Origin: a virus
Lineage: Duplodnaviria > Caudoviricetes
DNA length: 53,736 bases
Reading direction: 5' to 3' (one strand)
Virus record (IMG/VR): IMGVR_UViG_3300037485_000603
Coordinates: 1-53,736 of that record
The notes under the pieces are model-generated. The model made no database searches, had not been told where the DNA came from, and was given only the letters and a program-made list of their open reading frames with translations. Made by a program: the position numbers and the translations under genes. Below, one piece after another: positions 34,672 through 44,700 of this stretch (within the stretch, counting starts at the first letter, position 1; every line of letters begins with the position of its first letter).

Positions 34672-36063
34672 TCACTGTGTCAGATCCCATAACGACAGCG
34701 ATCCAACACCGCTGCCTTTGGTCGCTCCGTCCACCGTGCGGACAGCTAGCGTGTAGATTTCACTTGCGCCTGACAGCTTTACGCCGATCTGCAAGTCCCA
34801 GTTATATCCTGCCGGGTCCACCAGCGGGTTGGTGCCGCCGCTACCGCTTGAGCTGACGTAGTCCGTTTGAACAATCGTGCCGACAGACGAAATAGCCGTA
34901 GCAGCAACGTCAAACTCCACATTACTATCTGACGGTACTGTTGCCGCAAAGGTTGCGCCGGTCAGCGTTGGATCTCTCAGAAGAACGACTTCGTAATTCT
35001 GGCTGGTCAGGGGGAGAAACTGCACTCGCTGCGGAAGCACAACGGCGCCCGTGCGTCCAGAAGCCAGACGAATGGAAACAATTGGGAAGAAAGTTGCTGT
35101 CGTATCAATGTTTGTAAGCACCGATGTGCGCCGCGCCACATGCGACGCAGAGGACTGCTCGTACCCGCCTTCAGACACAACAGAGCAACAGATGGCCTTC
35201 ATCGACGCCGCAAGTGCCGTAGAACTAGTGATCTCGTACCGCACCGGCAGGATGGCCGTCGTCATGTAAACGGCGGTGATCTCATTGGCGTTGTTAAACG
35301 TGTGGCAGACGATGTACTCACCGTTGATGATGAACCCACACCGCACGGAACCTACGCCCAGCCATTCAAAGTCGATCCACAGGATCTGCGCCTTGGATGG
35401 GTCAAGCGTGTACCCACTAAGTCCGGTGCCGTCGAGCTTGTCGCCGTTCCAGCTTGACTGCGGCACAGAACGATCATCGTTGGGCGTGCCGCCGGGGGCG
35501 GGCAGGGAGCTAGACCGCAGCACGAAGGAGTAGACGCCGTCTACCCGCTGGAAGAACACCCCGTTGCCGGTGTTGAAGTACCCAACACGCTGCGTCAGGC
35601 TTGTACTGGCGCTTCCATCCATCACGAAGGTGGCAAGCAGCAGCAGCCCCTTCCCCGGTTGGTATGGAAAAGACCGGTAGCTCTGGCGAACAACAGACCC
35701 TACGCCTCCCGCAGTGACCTCCATCTTGACGGCGGCTTCATTGGGCAGAAAGGATGTAGCTCCAGTGCCCGTCAGTGCAACGTCAAACTGGTTGTCCGCT
35801 GCGTACCTGTTCTGACTGTCGAAAAGGGTGTAGGGTTGGCTGACACGAATCCGGCCAAACGCATCGACGTTGGTTCCACCTATGGATACCGGGACGGTTG
35901 TTGACGATGCGTCCACGATGCGCTCCAGAAGATTGTCCAGTTGGTTGAAGTAGATCCGCAGGATGCTCAGCAGCTTGTCGAAGTACTGCGGATCATAGGT
36001 GCGCGTGGGGAGCGGCAGGGCCGGAGCCCTGAACCGCTTGATGATGTTGGCCCAGATTGTCAT
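34672..36063 (-). CDS. Putative tail/virion protein
   Basis: APALP...LRIYFNQLD N-terminus and DAFGRIRVS...YQPGK beta-rich domain. Confidence 0.7.
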   Translation of the reverse strand: MTIWANIIKRFRAPALPLPTRTYDPQYFDKLLSILRIYFNQLDNLLERIVDASSTTVPVSIGGTNVDAFGRIRVSQPYTLFDSQNRYAADNQFDVALTGTGATSFLPNEAAVKMEVTAGGVGSVVRQSYRSFPYQPGKGLLLLATFVMDGSASTSLTQRVGYFNTGNGVFFQRVDGVYSFVLRSSSLPAPGGTPNDDRSVPQSSWNGDKLDGTGLSGYTLDPSKAQILWIDFEWLGVGSVRCGFIINGEYIVCHTFNNANEITAVYMTTAILPVRYEITSSTALAASMKAICCSVVSEGGYEQSSASHVARRTSVLTNIDTTATFFPIVSIRLASGRTGAVVLPQRVQFLPLTSQNYEVVLLRDPTLTGATFAATVPSDSNVEFDVAATAISSVGTIVQTDYVSSSGSGGTNPLVDPAGYNWDLQIGVKLSGASEIYTLAVRTVDGATKGSGVGSLSLWDLTQ

Positions 36064-38282
36064 GACTTGCGCCCATCAGGACGGAGGTCGATCCGGAACT
36101 TGCCCAACTGCCACTGAACACCTAGTGTGTTTGACTGCACCCTAACCGCCATCTGGCGCCCACGAACCCGGATGTACAGGTTGCCCTTGAACGGTGTAGC
36201 TACGTCGGTATAGCGCCCTTGGAAACGCTCAACACCGTTATTGGACAAACGATCAATAGTTCTTTCGCTCTCAAGCGCCACCGACATATTTGCCGATGGC
36301 GCCACGTTGTTTACACCTCGTGTGTATCCCGAACCAGAGTTCTGCAAAGGCAGCAGGGACATGTTAACGGACTGACTCTCCACAGCCGCCGTAGAACCTG
36401 CAAAGGTCACATCTGGAAGAACCCGGGTGACAAAGCCAAAGTTGTGACCGTCATCGATATCAAACTCCGACGAGATGATGTACGAATCTATAGGGGCAAG
36501 GGTTGAGGTGGTGCCGTCGTCACACCCAATTTCATGGTACAGAAGCTGGCTGTTGTAGTCCGCCGCAATCGGGATGTTGGAAAACACGCTGGCATCGTTC
36601 CAAGCGGTCCGACCCATGCTGCCGTAGTACCACACCTTGTCGGCATAGTTGTAAACGACGTAGCGATCCACCGTAGTGTTCGGGTTCGTAGGCGTGCCGG
36701 TGCCGTTAGGCCCTGTGATAGAGCAGTAGAACCACCACACCTCGCTGAACTGCTCCACGGTGGAGGCAAAGATCTGCAGGTTCTGGTTAACGTTCAAATC
36801 ATCGAAGATGAATTTCCGAATGTCGCATTGCAACGTGGCCGTCCGTCCATCGAAGACGTAGAACTTTTCGTCGCCCATCCAGTACACCACGCCCGCCGCC
36901 ACAGCCCAAGCGCGGTCAGAGACGATGGTGATGTTGTCGGCCAGGATCTGCGAGCCCCACACAATCGGCGGGCCGAGGTACTGCAGCGAGTACAGGGCGG
37001 TGTCCGTCCAGACCAAGATCTCCTGCCGGGTCTGCGCCACAGCTTGGATCTCAGAGCCCCGGGACAGCGTGAGGCTCCCCGCCTGCGTCGTGGCCGATGG
37101 TGTCCAGTTGGCGGCAGACTCTTGGTCCGACCACCGGATCAGCATGGGGTTGAGCGTGGACGAGCCGTAGTCCGTCGTGCCAAAGGCCAGGACGAAGCGC
37201 GAAGCATCCGAGACGAGGCGGAACAGCGCCGCAGAAGGCGTGTCGCTGGCACCGGTCAACGTGGAGATGTTTACACCACGCGTGGTAATACCGCCCGCCG
37301 TCCAGTAGTAGATTGCGCCGCCCTTGGGGCCGTAGATCAGATCTGAGCCAAAGTTGGCGTGGTTCCACAGACCGATCTGTATCGGATTCCCAACTGTAAA
37401 CGTCCCTGCGCCGCCCCAACCACCGCTACCCCAGCCGCTGGAGCCCCAGCCAGATCCAAAAGTGTTGGTGGCAGTGTTTTGTGTTGCAGACCCGACACTG
37501 ACTTGGTATTGAGCAGTTATGCCGGTGCCGCTTGCCGAGGACGAGGCATTGATTGGGAGTCCTGTGCCTGAGTTCTTGGCCTGGATGTAGTATGTCCCGG
37601 GGTTTTCAATGCCGAACTGAGTGTTTGTGGACACTGCGGGTGATGGCGTGCCACTAAGCGTATACGTCCCGGTAGTACCTGTGCCGGTGATTGTGTAGTC
37701 TGTGCCGTTGATGTTAACCGTGGCCGTAGACACAATGATCCCTGGGGAATCTATTGAGATCACGGTAAGCGTAGTACCGCTTGTCGTGCAGGTAGCCAGC
37801 GTTACGTTAGAGACGATCTGGTACTCGGCGGTGCCGTTTACACCAGAGGTGGCGAAGTTGATCCCGCCAATGGTGCCGGGGGCGGTGAACGTGACGTAGG
37901 AGCCTACAGTCAATTCTCCTGTAGCAAACGTTCCAACGCCTGCCCCTGCGTCTGAAACTCCCGCATAAGAGAACCCGTTGTACGTGGTGATAGCCGCTAC
38001 TGTGCTTGTGACCCGTACTGGCGTGATGTCGTAGTATCCCCCTGTGTAAATGTAGTACTTTAGGTTCGTGCCGAGGCCGAGATAGATGCTCCAAGGCCAC
38101 AGAGCGCGGCAGACGCCGAGGAACGTGCCTGCTGTGCTGCTGACCTGCTGCCAACCGCCGATCTTCTCAGGCTGGCCGGAGCGGAAGCGGATCTTGTCGC
38201 ACTCGTACCAACCGTTCTCAGCGGCGTAGCGCGTGTTCTCCCGGAAGATCCCCGGGCGAAGTTGGAGCGTCTTCAGCGGCAT
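36060..38282 (-). CDS. Tail tubular/stabilisation (nozzle-like) protein
   Basis: KIRFRSGQPEKIGGW, IRWSDQE, EVWWFY, RGRQ..RIDLRPDGRK. Confidence 0.75.
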   Translation of the reverse strand: MPLKTLQLRPGIFRENTRYAAENGWYECDKIRFRSGQPEKIGGWQQVSSTAGTFLGVCRALWPWSIYLGLGTNLKYYIYTGGYYDITPVRVTSTVAAITTYNGFSYAGVSDAGAGVGTFATGELTVGSYVTFTAPGTIGGINFATSGVNGTAEYQIVSNVTLATCTTSGTTLTVISIDSPGIIVSTATVNINGTDYTITGTGTTGTYTLSGTPSPAVSTNTQFGIENPGTYYIQAKNSGTGLPINASSSASGTGITAQYQVSVGSATQNTATNTFGSGWGSSGWGSGGWGGAGTFTVGNPIQIGLWNHANFGSDLIYGPKGGAIYYWTAGGITTRGVNISTLTGASDTPSAALFRLVSDASRFVLAFGTTDYGSSTLNPMLIRWSDQESAANWTPSATTQAGSLTLSRGSEIQAVAQTRQEILVWTDTALYSLQYLGPPIVWGSQILADNITIVSDRAWAVAAGVVYWMGDEKFYVFDGRTATLQCDIRKFIFDDLNVNQNLQIFASTVEQFSEVWWFYCSITGPNGTGTPTNPNTTVDRYVVYNYADKVWYYGSMGRTAWNDASVFSNIPIAADYNSQLLYHEIGCDDGTTSTLAPIDSYIISSEFDIDDGHNFGFVTRVLPDVTFAGSTAAVESQSVNMSLLPLQNSGSGYTRGVNNVAPSANMSVALESERTIDRLSNNGVERFQGRYTDVATPFKGNLYIRVRGRQMAVRVQSNTLGVQWQLGKFRIDLRPDGRKS

Positions 38283-38285
38283 GTG

Positions 38286-38789
38286 TTACCTCAGAAACAG
38301 CGCACGCTCATCTTTGCGCCGCTTGACAAGGCCCGGTAGCTCTTTGCCACCACCTTTAGTCCACTGCATGAACGCATCAGCAGCCCCTTCAATATCACCG
38401 CGATTGGCCTTCATGCGGATCTGGCTGCGCTGCAGATTGCCTAGCCCTGCATTGAACGCAAAACTGACCAAAGCGTCGAAGCGCCCTTGATGACCAGCGC
38501 AGCCGGGAACCAGACGAAGAACACCTCGCTCAAAAGCAGCGACATCCAGCGCGAATAGTTTCTCGATCTCCGCCTTGGACCAGACGCGGTTATCCCCTGA
38601 CCGGAGCGGGTAGTCCTTCCTGATGAACCCATCATAGCCCTCTTTGCGCATCACCGGAAGCCCAATCTGGTCTTGGTACAGAACATGCCCGTAGCCGATG
38701 GTCCAGATGTAGGCAGGGCACAGGTAGGGCTTGTTTCTGTAACCCTCGTACCTGTGCATCAGTTCTGCGCCGACCGGGCTCAGCTTCAC
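38286..38789 (-). CDS. Endolysin, GH24 phage lysozyme
   Basis: YEG...YLCPA..WTIGYGH, FDALVSFAFNAG, GLVKRRKDE. Confidence 0.92.
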   Translation of the reverse strand: MKLSPVGAELMHRYEGYRNKPYLCPAYIWTIGYGHVLYQDQIGLPVMRKEGYDGFIRKDYPLRSGDNRVWSKAEIEKLFALDVAAFERGVLRLVPGCAGHQGRFDALVSFAFNAGLGNLQRSQIRMKANRGDIEGAADAFMQWTKGGGKELPGLVKRRKDERALFLR

Positions 38790-39289
38790 TTCTTGCCCCA
38801 CTGCCTGCTGCCGAACCAGAACCCGATGATGCCGCCCAGCATCGCCATCTCGTCTTCGCTAAAAATAATCGCGGTCACGCGGATCAGGTCGTCCACAGAC
38901 AGGATCAGGCCAGGGTGCTTCCAGACGTAGAGCGTCAGGGCTGCGTTGATCAGCACAAGCTCGATGATGAAGATGTAAGTGACCGTGGGCCTGACCGTTC
39001 CGACGTAGTTCGCCACCCACCGGCTGGCCTTCTCCAAGACTTTCTCGTCGTGCCGCAGCGCCGCTTCGGTCATCTGCGCTTCGGTCTGCATCGCAACCTG
39101 CTCGGTGCGGATCTCCTCCATCTTGGCCTGGGCAGCGTAGCCCTGGGCAGCAAGCTGAAGTTCGCGCTCCGTCTGGAGCCGCGCCATTGCGATCTCGTGC
39201 TTCTGGTCAGCCTTGTTCTGGAAGAACTCCAGCAGCTTGGGCAGGCCGCTGATGAGCAGTCCGCCGAGGGTTGAAAACAGGCTGAGCAT
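38786..39289 (-). CDS. Holin-like membrane protein
   Basis: TM segments, VRPTVTY, IIGFWFGSR; adjacent to the lysin. Confidence 0.7.
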   Translation of the reverse strand: MLSLFSTLGGLLISGLPKLLEFFQNKADQKHEIAMARLQTERELQLAAQGYAAQAKMEEIRTEQVAMQTEAQMTEAALRHDEKVLEKASRWVANYVGTVRPTVTYIFIIELVLINAALTLYVWKHPGLILSVDDLIRVTAIIFSEDEMAMLGGIIGFWFGSRQWGKK

Positions 39290-39753
39290 TACTTCTCCAA
39301 CATGAACGACAGGTTCTGGTGGCGCGGGTAGGTCACCACCCGCGAACCTTCGGGGCACTTGTACTGGATGACGGCAGTCAACGTAGCCTTGCCCGGAGCC
39401 ACAGGCTCTTTCTTGGACATGGTGAGCAAGTACGTGAACGTGTCGATCTGATTCCCGGCAGGCCCCGTGAACTTGCTCGTTGACGGAGTGGCATCGTGGA
39501 CCATTCCTGCAGCGTCCTGCACGTTCGTTGTAAACGATTCAACCGAGCAGTCATCGCGCTTCTTGATCCGCGCCACAGTGACGTTGATGGGGTGCCCGAT
39601 CTTGGTATCTGAGATGTGGAAGTGCTCCGGAGCCCATTCCAGTATCGGCTTCTGGAGCCACCCAAACTTGTCCCCAGCCGTGTATCCACCCACCAGCAGC
39701 GCAAAGCTGGCGGTGACAAACTGGACGACGGGGGTGAGCTTGGGGATTTCCAT
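39289..39753 (-). CDS. Membrane-anchored hypothetical protein
   Basis: N-terminal hydrophobic segment. Confidence 0.65.
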   Translation of the reverse strand: MEIPKLTPVVQFVTASFALLVGGYTAGDKFGWLQKPILEWAPEHFHISDTKIGHPINVTVARIKKRDDCSVESFTTNVQDAAGMVHDATPSTSKFTGPAGNQIDTFTYLLTMSKKEPVAPGKATLTAVIQYKCPEGSRVVTYPRHQNLSFMLEK

Positions 39754-39754
39754 G

Positions 39755-40165
39755 TCAGTTCCGAGCTGTGATCACATCTTCACCGCGCTGTACCGTGACC
39801 TTGTCGCCTTCCACGTTGACCTTCATAGACGGTTCCTGACGCTCAGGTTTGTCCAGGCGCCCGATCAACTCCTTGATGATTGTGATTTCAGGCTTCTCTT
39901 CCTTCTTGGTCTCATTGACGATACCGTTGACCATCTGGATCAAAGCCATCGTGGCGGTCGCCACAAGACCAATCACAGCAGGAAGCGCCTCAGTATTCAG
40001 GAAAGCAGATGACACCACGCCCACCAACACCAGCAGGAAGATCCAGATGATGGCCGTCTTGCCAATAGCCTTGGCGGCAACTTCCTTGGCGGTAGCTTGG
40101 GCCTCCAGCCGTTGAAGCTCAACTTCAGCCTGGGCCTTCAAAGTCTTCAGATCAATTGGTTCCAT
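39755..40165 (-). CDS. Two-TM membrane protein
   Basis: Two hydrophobic helices. Confidence 0.65.
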   Translation of the reverse strand: MEPIDLKTLKAQAEVELQRLEAQATAKEVAAKAIGKTAIIWIFLLVLVGVVSSAFLNTEALPAVIGLVATATMALIQMVNGIVNETKKEEKPEITIIKELIGRLDKPERQEPSMKVNVEGDKVTVQRGEDVITARN

Positions 40166-40208
40166 TACAACACCTTGAATTTACTGCATTTGATGGCTGC
40201 ATCGAAGT

Positions 40209-40487
40209 TCATACTTTGCCTTCAGAAAACACATTCACGAACACCGTGCCGTCTTCCAGTGCTTCGATCTCGTGCCATTCTCCAGCAACAAGATCCAAGG
40301 GCATGGACTGCTTGTTGATAATGCGTTCGCCCTTTTCCTTACGAACAACACAGCTACCGGCATGGCACATTGTCAGATGTGCGTAAGCGTGTTCATGCCT
40401 GGGCAGCCCCTCCCCCGTGTTGGCGTGGTACACGCTGACGGTAGTGCCCCCATACGACACGATGTGCTTAGGGGAAAGCATGTTCAT
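40209..40487 (-). CDS. Cupin-domain protein
   Basis: LPRHEHAYAH...GEWHEIEALEDGT. Confidence 0.8.
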   Translation of the reverse strand: MNMLSPKHIVSYGGTTVSVYHANTGEGLPRHEHAYAHLTMCHAGSCVVRKEKGERIINKQSMPLDLVAGEWHEIEALEDGTVFVNVFSEGKV

Positions 40488-40783
40488 CAGAACTGTTCCG
40501 CGCCGGTCTGTGTAGGTTCGGACGGGGCCAACTCCGGGAACGGCGCATTTACCACAGGGTTCAATTGCGCAGTCACAGTGTCGTAGTACCACTGATCTGC
40601 AACTACGTTGTCAGAACACTCGACCCAGAAAAGCGGCGGAGCAACATCGAACGACGCGTCTGAAACCTCACAAACGCGTGCAGAATTTGCGTAAGTTTCG
40701 ATTATTGGCTTATATGGCGTGCTAGAAGTCCACGCCGCAATAAACTGCACGCTGGTGGTTGGGTCGATCAATGCGTTTTTCAT
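40487..40783 (-). CDS. Tail-fibre assembly-like protein
   Basis: Follows the fibre gene; FDVAPPLFWVEC. Confidence 0.55.
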   Translation of the reverse strand: MKNALIDPTTSVQFIAAWTSSTPYKPIIETYANSARVCEVSDASFDVAPPLFWVECSDNVVADQWYYDTVTAQLNPVVNAPFPELAPSEPTQTGAEQF

Positions 40784-40794
40784 TTGCTTCTCCT

Positions 40795-42288
40795 TTACCA
40801 GAACACTACGACAGCGCCACCGCCGCCACCGCCACCACCGCCACTTTGATTAGCACCACCGGCACCAGCAGCACCTCCGTTTGCTGCGCCCCCTTGAACG
40901 CCCGCTCCCCCCGCTCCCCCAGCGGCACCAGAGCCACTAGACGCATTACTTCCTGCGGCACCCACGCCGTTAGTAAGCCCGCCAGTTCCTCCGTTGCCTG
41001 ACACCGCTGTATTTCCCCCGCCACCCCCGCCACCACTCCCTGCGCCACCGCCTCCCCCCGCAGTGGTGCCGCAACCAGAGGTTCCAGAATTACCGACAGC
41101 CCCTGTCGCTGTGAGACCGAGCGACGGACCCCGTCTAACCAACAGCGTTGCACTGCCGCCTGTAGTAACAGTCCCTGCGGCGCCCGTGCCTCCTGCGCTA
41201 GGACCTCCTGCGCCGCCAGTACAACTTACATGCGACCCGAAAGACGACGTATTACCCGCACTGCCTGCGCTGGGAGTTCCGTTGGCTCCTGCACTGCCTG
41301 CGCCGCCTGACCCCACTGTGACAGAAACAGTTGATAGTGGCGTAAGCCCTGATACTCGCGCAAAAGCTGCGCCTCCGGCGCCACCAACACCACCACCAGA
41401 AAGAGTATTATTGCCGTTACCTCCTGAACCACCACCGCCGCCAGCCATGACGGCTACGTAAACGGTGGTAACCCCCGCAGGAACTGTAAACGTGCCGCTT
41501 GCGTCGAATGTCTGGCTGTTTGGGCCCGCATAGGAACTTGGTGCAGCAGCACTGGCCCAGGTGCCACCGACAGAAGTCAGGACGTTCCCCGCAGTCCCGG
41601 GGGCTACTGTTTGAACAGCCCCGGTGTCGTTGCCCAGCAGGACGTTGTTCAAGGCCAGCGTGGCTGCGCCCGTGCCGCCTGAGGCCACAGGGAGCGTGGT
41701 CACCCACGAAGGAATGCCCGCAGCGACCGTCAGGACTGCGTTGGTTGCGCCCACCGTGAGCTTGCTCAGCGCGGTGGTGGTGGAGGCGTAGAGGAGATCT
41801 CCAACCGCGTAGCTGGCCTGCCCCGTGCCGCCTGAGGTTGCAGGCAGGGCTGTGCCGAGGGACATGGACGCCGCGTAGGTCATGGCCTCTTCCACGCCCA
41901 AGTTGGTCACCCGCACGACCACAGACTTGCCGTTGGGGACAACAACGCTGGTGCCCCCGGTTGTGACGGTGACGTCCTGCCCCGCGCCGTTCTTGACGAA
42001 GTACAGCTTGAAGTTGGTTGAGGTGCCTGCGGGCAGTGAAACCGTGGCCGTCTGCCCCGAGGTGAGGGAGCCAGTGATAGCCAGGAATTGGTTCCGGGCA
42101 TCCGAGGATGCGCCATCCGCAATCAAGGGGACCGTCGTCGTCGCGCCCGCAGTAACAGCAATGCTTACCGCCCCTGTCAGGGACTGTTCCACCATGTCCG
42201 TAAAACCGCTGTTGACCGCAGTACCCCAGCCTGCATCTCCCAGGCCGGGTTTATTGAACTTGAGGATAGCGGTATACGATGAAGACAT
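40795..42288 (-). CDS. Tail fibre with Gly-rich C-terminal domain
   Basis: GGTG repeats, SGTFTVPAGVT..V..AGGGGG. Confidence 0.8.
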   Translation of the reverse strand: MSSSYTAILKFNKPGLGDAGWGTAVNSGFTDMVEQSLTGAVSIAVTAGATTTVPLIADGASSDARNQFLAITGSLTSGQTATVSLPAGTSTNFKLYFVKNGAGQDVTVTTGGTSVVVPNGKSVVVRVTNLGVEEAMTYAASMSLGTALPATSGGTGQASYAVGDLLYASTTTALSKLTVGATNAVLTVAAGIPSWVTTLPVASGGTGAATLALNNVLLGNDTGAVQTVAPGTAGNVLTSVGGTWASAAAPSSYAGPNSQTFDASGTFTVPAGVTTVYVAVMAGGGGGSGGNGNNTLSGGGVGGAGGAAFARVSGLTPLSTVSVTVGSGGAGSAGANGTPSAGSAGNTSSFGSHVSCTGGAGGPSAGGTGAAGTVTTGGSATLLVRRGPSLGLTATGAVGNSGTSGCGTTAGGGGGAGSGGGGGGGNTAVSGNGGTGGLTNGVGAAGSNASSGSGAAGGAGGAGVQGGAANGGAAGAGGANQSGGGGGGGGGAVVVFW

Positions 42289-42296
42289 GATGTACC

Positions 42297-42722
42297 TCAG
42301 GCAAAGCGCAACAGCGCCGTGGTGGCCGTAGCCGCAGGTAGCTGGACGGTGAACGTGCCAGATGCAGTCTTGTCAGCACCGAAGTCCAACACAGCAATTG
42401 CCCGGTCAGCTTCGGACGAGTTGTAGATCAGCGCACCACGGCAGACAAAGGACGCGCCTGACCAGACCGGGTTGTTGAACGTGACGTAGGCAGTGGTCCC
42501 GGACAGCAGGACTTGCACGTTGGTCAGCGTCACTCCACCCGTCGCGTATCCCGCGCCTGCGGCCACTTGCCCTGGCGTTGAAACGTTGTACGCGGTCGTG
42601 GCTTGACTCAGATCTGCGCTCGCGGTGTAGAGCGCCATCTTGAGGACGTCCGTATCCAGATCGTGGATGCCGAGCCAGGACTCCTGTTTGAACGAGGAGC
42701 ACATTCCTTGGAGGATTGCCAT
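42297..42722 (-). CDS. Virion structural protein
   Basis: SFKQE...KMALYT...GALIYN...VLDFGADK. Confidence 0.7.
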   Translation of the reverse strand: MAILQGMCSSFKQESWLGIHDLDTDVLKMALYTASADLSQATTAYNVSTPGQVAAGAGYATGGVTLTNVQVLLSGTTAYVTFNNPVWSGASFVCRGALIYNSSEADRAIAVLDFGADKTASGTFTVQLPAATATTALLRFA

Positions 42723-43376
42723 TTACTTCACCGGGTTTCTGACTTGCCCATTCCTGAAAGCGTCGCCTCGGTTCTTAGCGTCCCCCAGGTTCTTCAGCAG
42801 CAGCATTGAATCGTTGAACTGGCTGACGTACAACTGAACAATGTCCTGCTCAGCCTTCATGAACCGGGCTGCTTCCACCAGCACAGCGTTGATGAGCACG
42901 CTCTCGAAGTTGTTGCCAAGCCACGTAGAACCCGCAGTGACAATGCTTTCCGGCTGGTAGAAGTAGTTCAACTCCACGTTGAGCGCAGCGTTCGGCGTGG
43001 GGCCAAGGATGATCTTCTGGATCAGCGTGGTGGCCGTTCCATCCAGTGCGTAATATTTAGGCTGGCCCTGCGTAGTCGGGTTTGGATAGCTCTCCCGCAT
43101 GAAGTTCACATCCTTGTTCAGGAGGAACTCATAGGCACCCGAAGCCAGCACAAGCGCCAAGCTATACGCAGCCAAGAAATCAGAAGGCAGGCTCAGATTC
43201 CTGTTGCCTGCCGTAAGCGTCAGCGTGCTGTCCGTCTTCCGCAGGATCGGAAGCTGCACCGTCTGGTAGATCTTCTGCTCGGCAAGCCGAGTCAGCGTAG
43301 CGAAGTCAGTAGCCGAGAACGTATTCTCGGTTGTGTCCTCGACGGCGGTCTGAAGCTGCGTATAGGTAACAGCCAT
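42723..43376 (-). CDS. Head-tail adaptor/tail tubular-like protein
   Basis: LLNKDVNFMRESYP...GQPKYYA...PTP. Confidence 0.7.
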   Translation of the reverse strand: MAVTYTQLQTAVEDTTENTFSATDFATLTRLAEQKIYQTVQLPILRKTDSTLTLTAGNRNLSLPSDFLAAYSLALVLASGAYEFLLNKDVNFMRESYPNPTTQGQPKYYALDGTATTLIQKIILGPTPNAALNVELNYFYQPESIVTAGSTWLGNNFESVLINAVLVEAARFMKAEQDIVQLYVSQFNDSMLLLKNLGDAKNRGDAFRNGQVRNPVK

Positions 43377-43385
43377 GATTCACTT

Positions 43386-43562
43386 TCAGGCCATCGGCCC
43401 CCGGGCCATCGTACCCTTGGTCGCAGCGCCGGTCCCACGGATCTTGATCCCCGAGGTCTTGGCAGCAGGAGCAGCAGAGGTGGCGATGTTGCCCACCACC
43501 ATGCGCGGCATGGGCGCCGGGGCGTTCACAACCGGCGTCGGAACAGGCTTGGCCTTCATCAT
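43386..43562 (-). CDS. Small basic protein with RGxGAAxKG tail
   Basis: TSGIKIRGTGAATKGTMARGPMA. Confidence 0.7.
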   Translation of the reverse strand: MMKAKPVPTPVVNAPAPMPRMVVGNIATSAAPAAKTSGIKIRGTGAATKGTMARGPMA

Positions 43563-43563
43563 G

Positions 43564-43737
43564 TCACTTCCCCTTGCGCCCGACCGGGCCCTGGTTCGCC
43601 ACACGGGCCATGTTGCGCCCCATCTTCTGGGACATCGCGGTGGTCACACCACCCTTGGCGAGCGTTGCGCCCGCGCCGTGCGCCACGTTGGGGGGCTTCT
43701 TGACGTGTTCCCGGAGGGCCTTCATTGCGTCTTTCAT
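43564..43737 (-). CDS. 57-aa basic protein
   Basis: AAGGAG RBS; MKDAMKAL...LAKGGV...MGRNMARVANQ (below ORF-track cutoff). Confidence 0.65.
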   Translation of the reverse strand: MKDAMKALREHVKKPPNVAHGAGATLAKGGVTTAMSQKMGRNMARVANQGPVGRKGK

Positions 43738-43749
43738 GTTCTCTCCTTG

Positions 43750-44175
43750 TCAGGTAACCGTTACTGTACCAACTTCCCCCACGCCCACCAAGGTGTTCGG
43801 TGTGAGAACTGCGTCGAAGTCTTGAGAGCCGCCAATCGGGTTCCAGCCCCACTGGATGACCAACATGCCCTCGCCGGGAAAACCCTCCTGCAAGGGTCCA
43901 GTGCCGGTTGTGGTGGCCGTCTGCAAACCGTTGGTGCCAGACTGATACCACGTATTGGTGTCAGGCCGGGGATCTCTGATTGCTTGCGGGTCAGAGATCG
44001 GATACATGCCAAGCTGCAACTGCGGCTGATCCGGCGTCCAGCACTGTGGACATGCCTTGATCTGCGTCTGCTTGGTCTTGACGACGAGGTTCTTGAGCTT
44101 CTTCAGGTCGAAGCGGAACCCACAGACATCGCAGAAGCCGAATGCCTTTGCGCCGTTTGCAAAGCGGTTTGCCAT
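43750..44175 (-). CDS. Zn-binding conserved phage protein
   Basis: CDVCG...CPQC...DPQAIRDPRPD. Confidence 0.75.
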   Translation of the reverse strand: MANRFANGAKAFGFCDVCGFRFDLKKLKNLVVKTKQTQIKACPQCWTPDQPQLQLGMYPISDPQAIRDPRPDTNTWYQSGTNGLQTATTTGTGPLQEGFPGEGMLVIQWGWNPIGGSQDFDAVLTPNTLVGVGEVGTVTVT

Positions 44176-44176
44176 G

Positions 44177-44692
44177 TCAGATCATCCGACCTTTTGTCCT
44201 GCCACGCTGCGCAATACCGTCGCCACGGTGTGCTTTTACTTTGCCGCCGCGTTTGTACTCTTCCGACGAATCGGAAGGTACAAATTTGTCTAAGTTCTCT
44301 GCAACGGCTCTTACATTAGATTTGTTTATTGCTGTGTCTAAAGCACGTCTTGCTTGCCGTTGTGCTGTCAACGCCTCTTTATCACGCAAATTTTTAAGTG
44401 GCGCGTTACTGTTTCCTAGCCCTACATTTGCCCACGGATTTGCTTTGTGTTCTGGAGGAATACGAAGATTCTTAATCGCTCTTTGCGTATTTGCCTGTCT
44501 TACCGCGTTTATTTCCTTCAAACGCTTTATTGCGGCAGCAGCACCGGGCACTATAAATGCTTCTGGATAGACGTTTTCAATAGCATCCCGCCCCGGACGC
44601 TGCAACTCTTGTTGTCTTTGCTCTTCCTTCCACGCTTCATATTCGCGTGGAGACATTTCAAGGAAATGTTTTTTCGTATACGGAGCAGGCAT
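44177..44692 (-). CDS. Hypothetical protein with AT-rich body and conserved C-terminal tag
   Basis: Ends YKRGGKVKAHRGDGIAQRGRTKGRMI. Confidence 0.7.
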   Translation of the reverse strand: MPAPYTKKHFLEMSPREYEAWKEEQRQQELQRPGRDAIENVYPEAFIVPGAAAAIKRLKEINAVRQANTQRAIKNLRIPPEHKANPWANVGLGNSNAPLKNLRDKEALTAQRQARRALDTAINKSNVRAVAENLDKFVPSDSSEEYKRGGKVKAHRGDGIAQRGRTKGRMI

Positions 44693-44700
44693 AGCGCGTC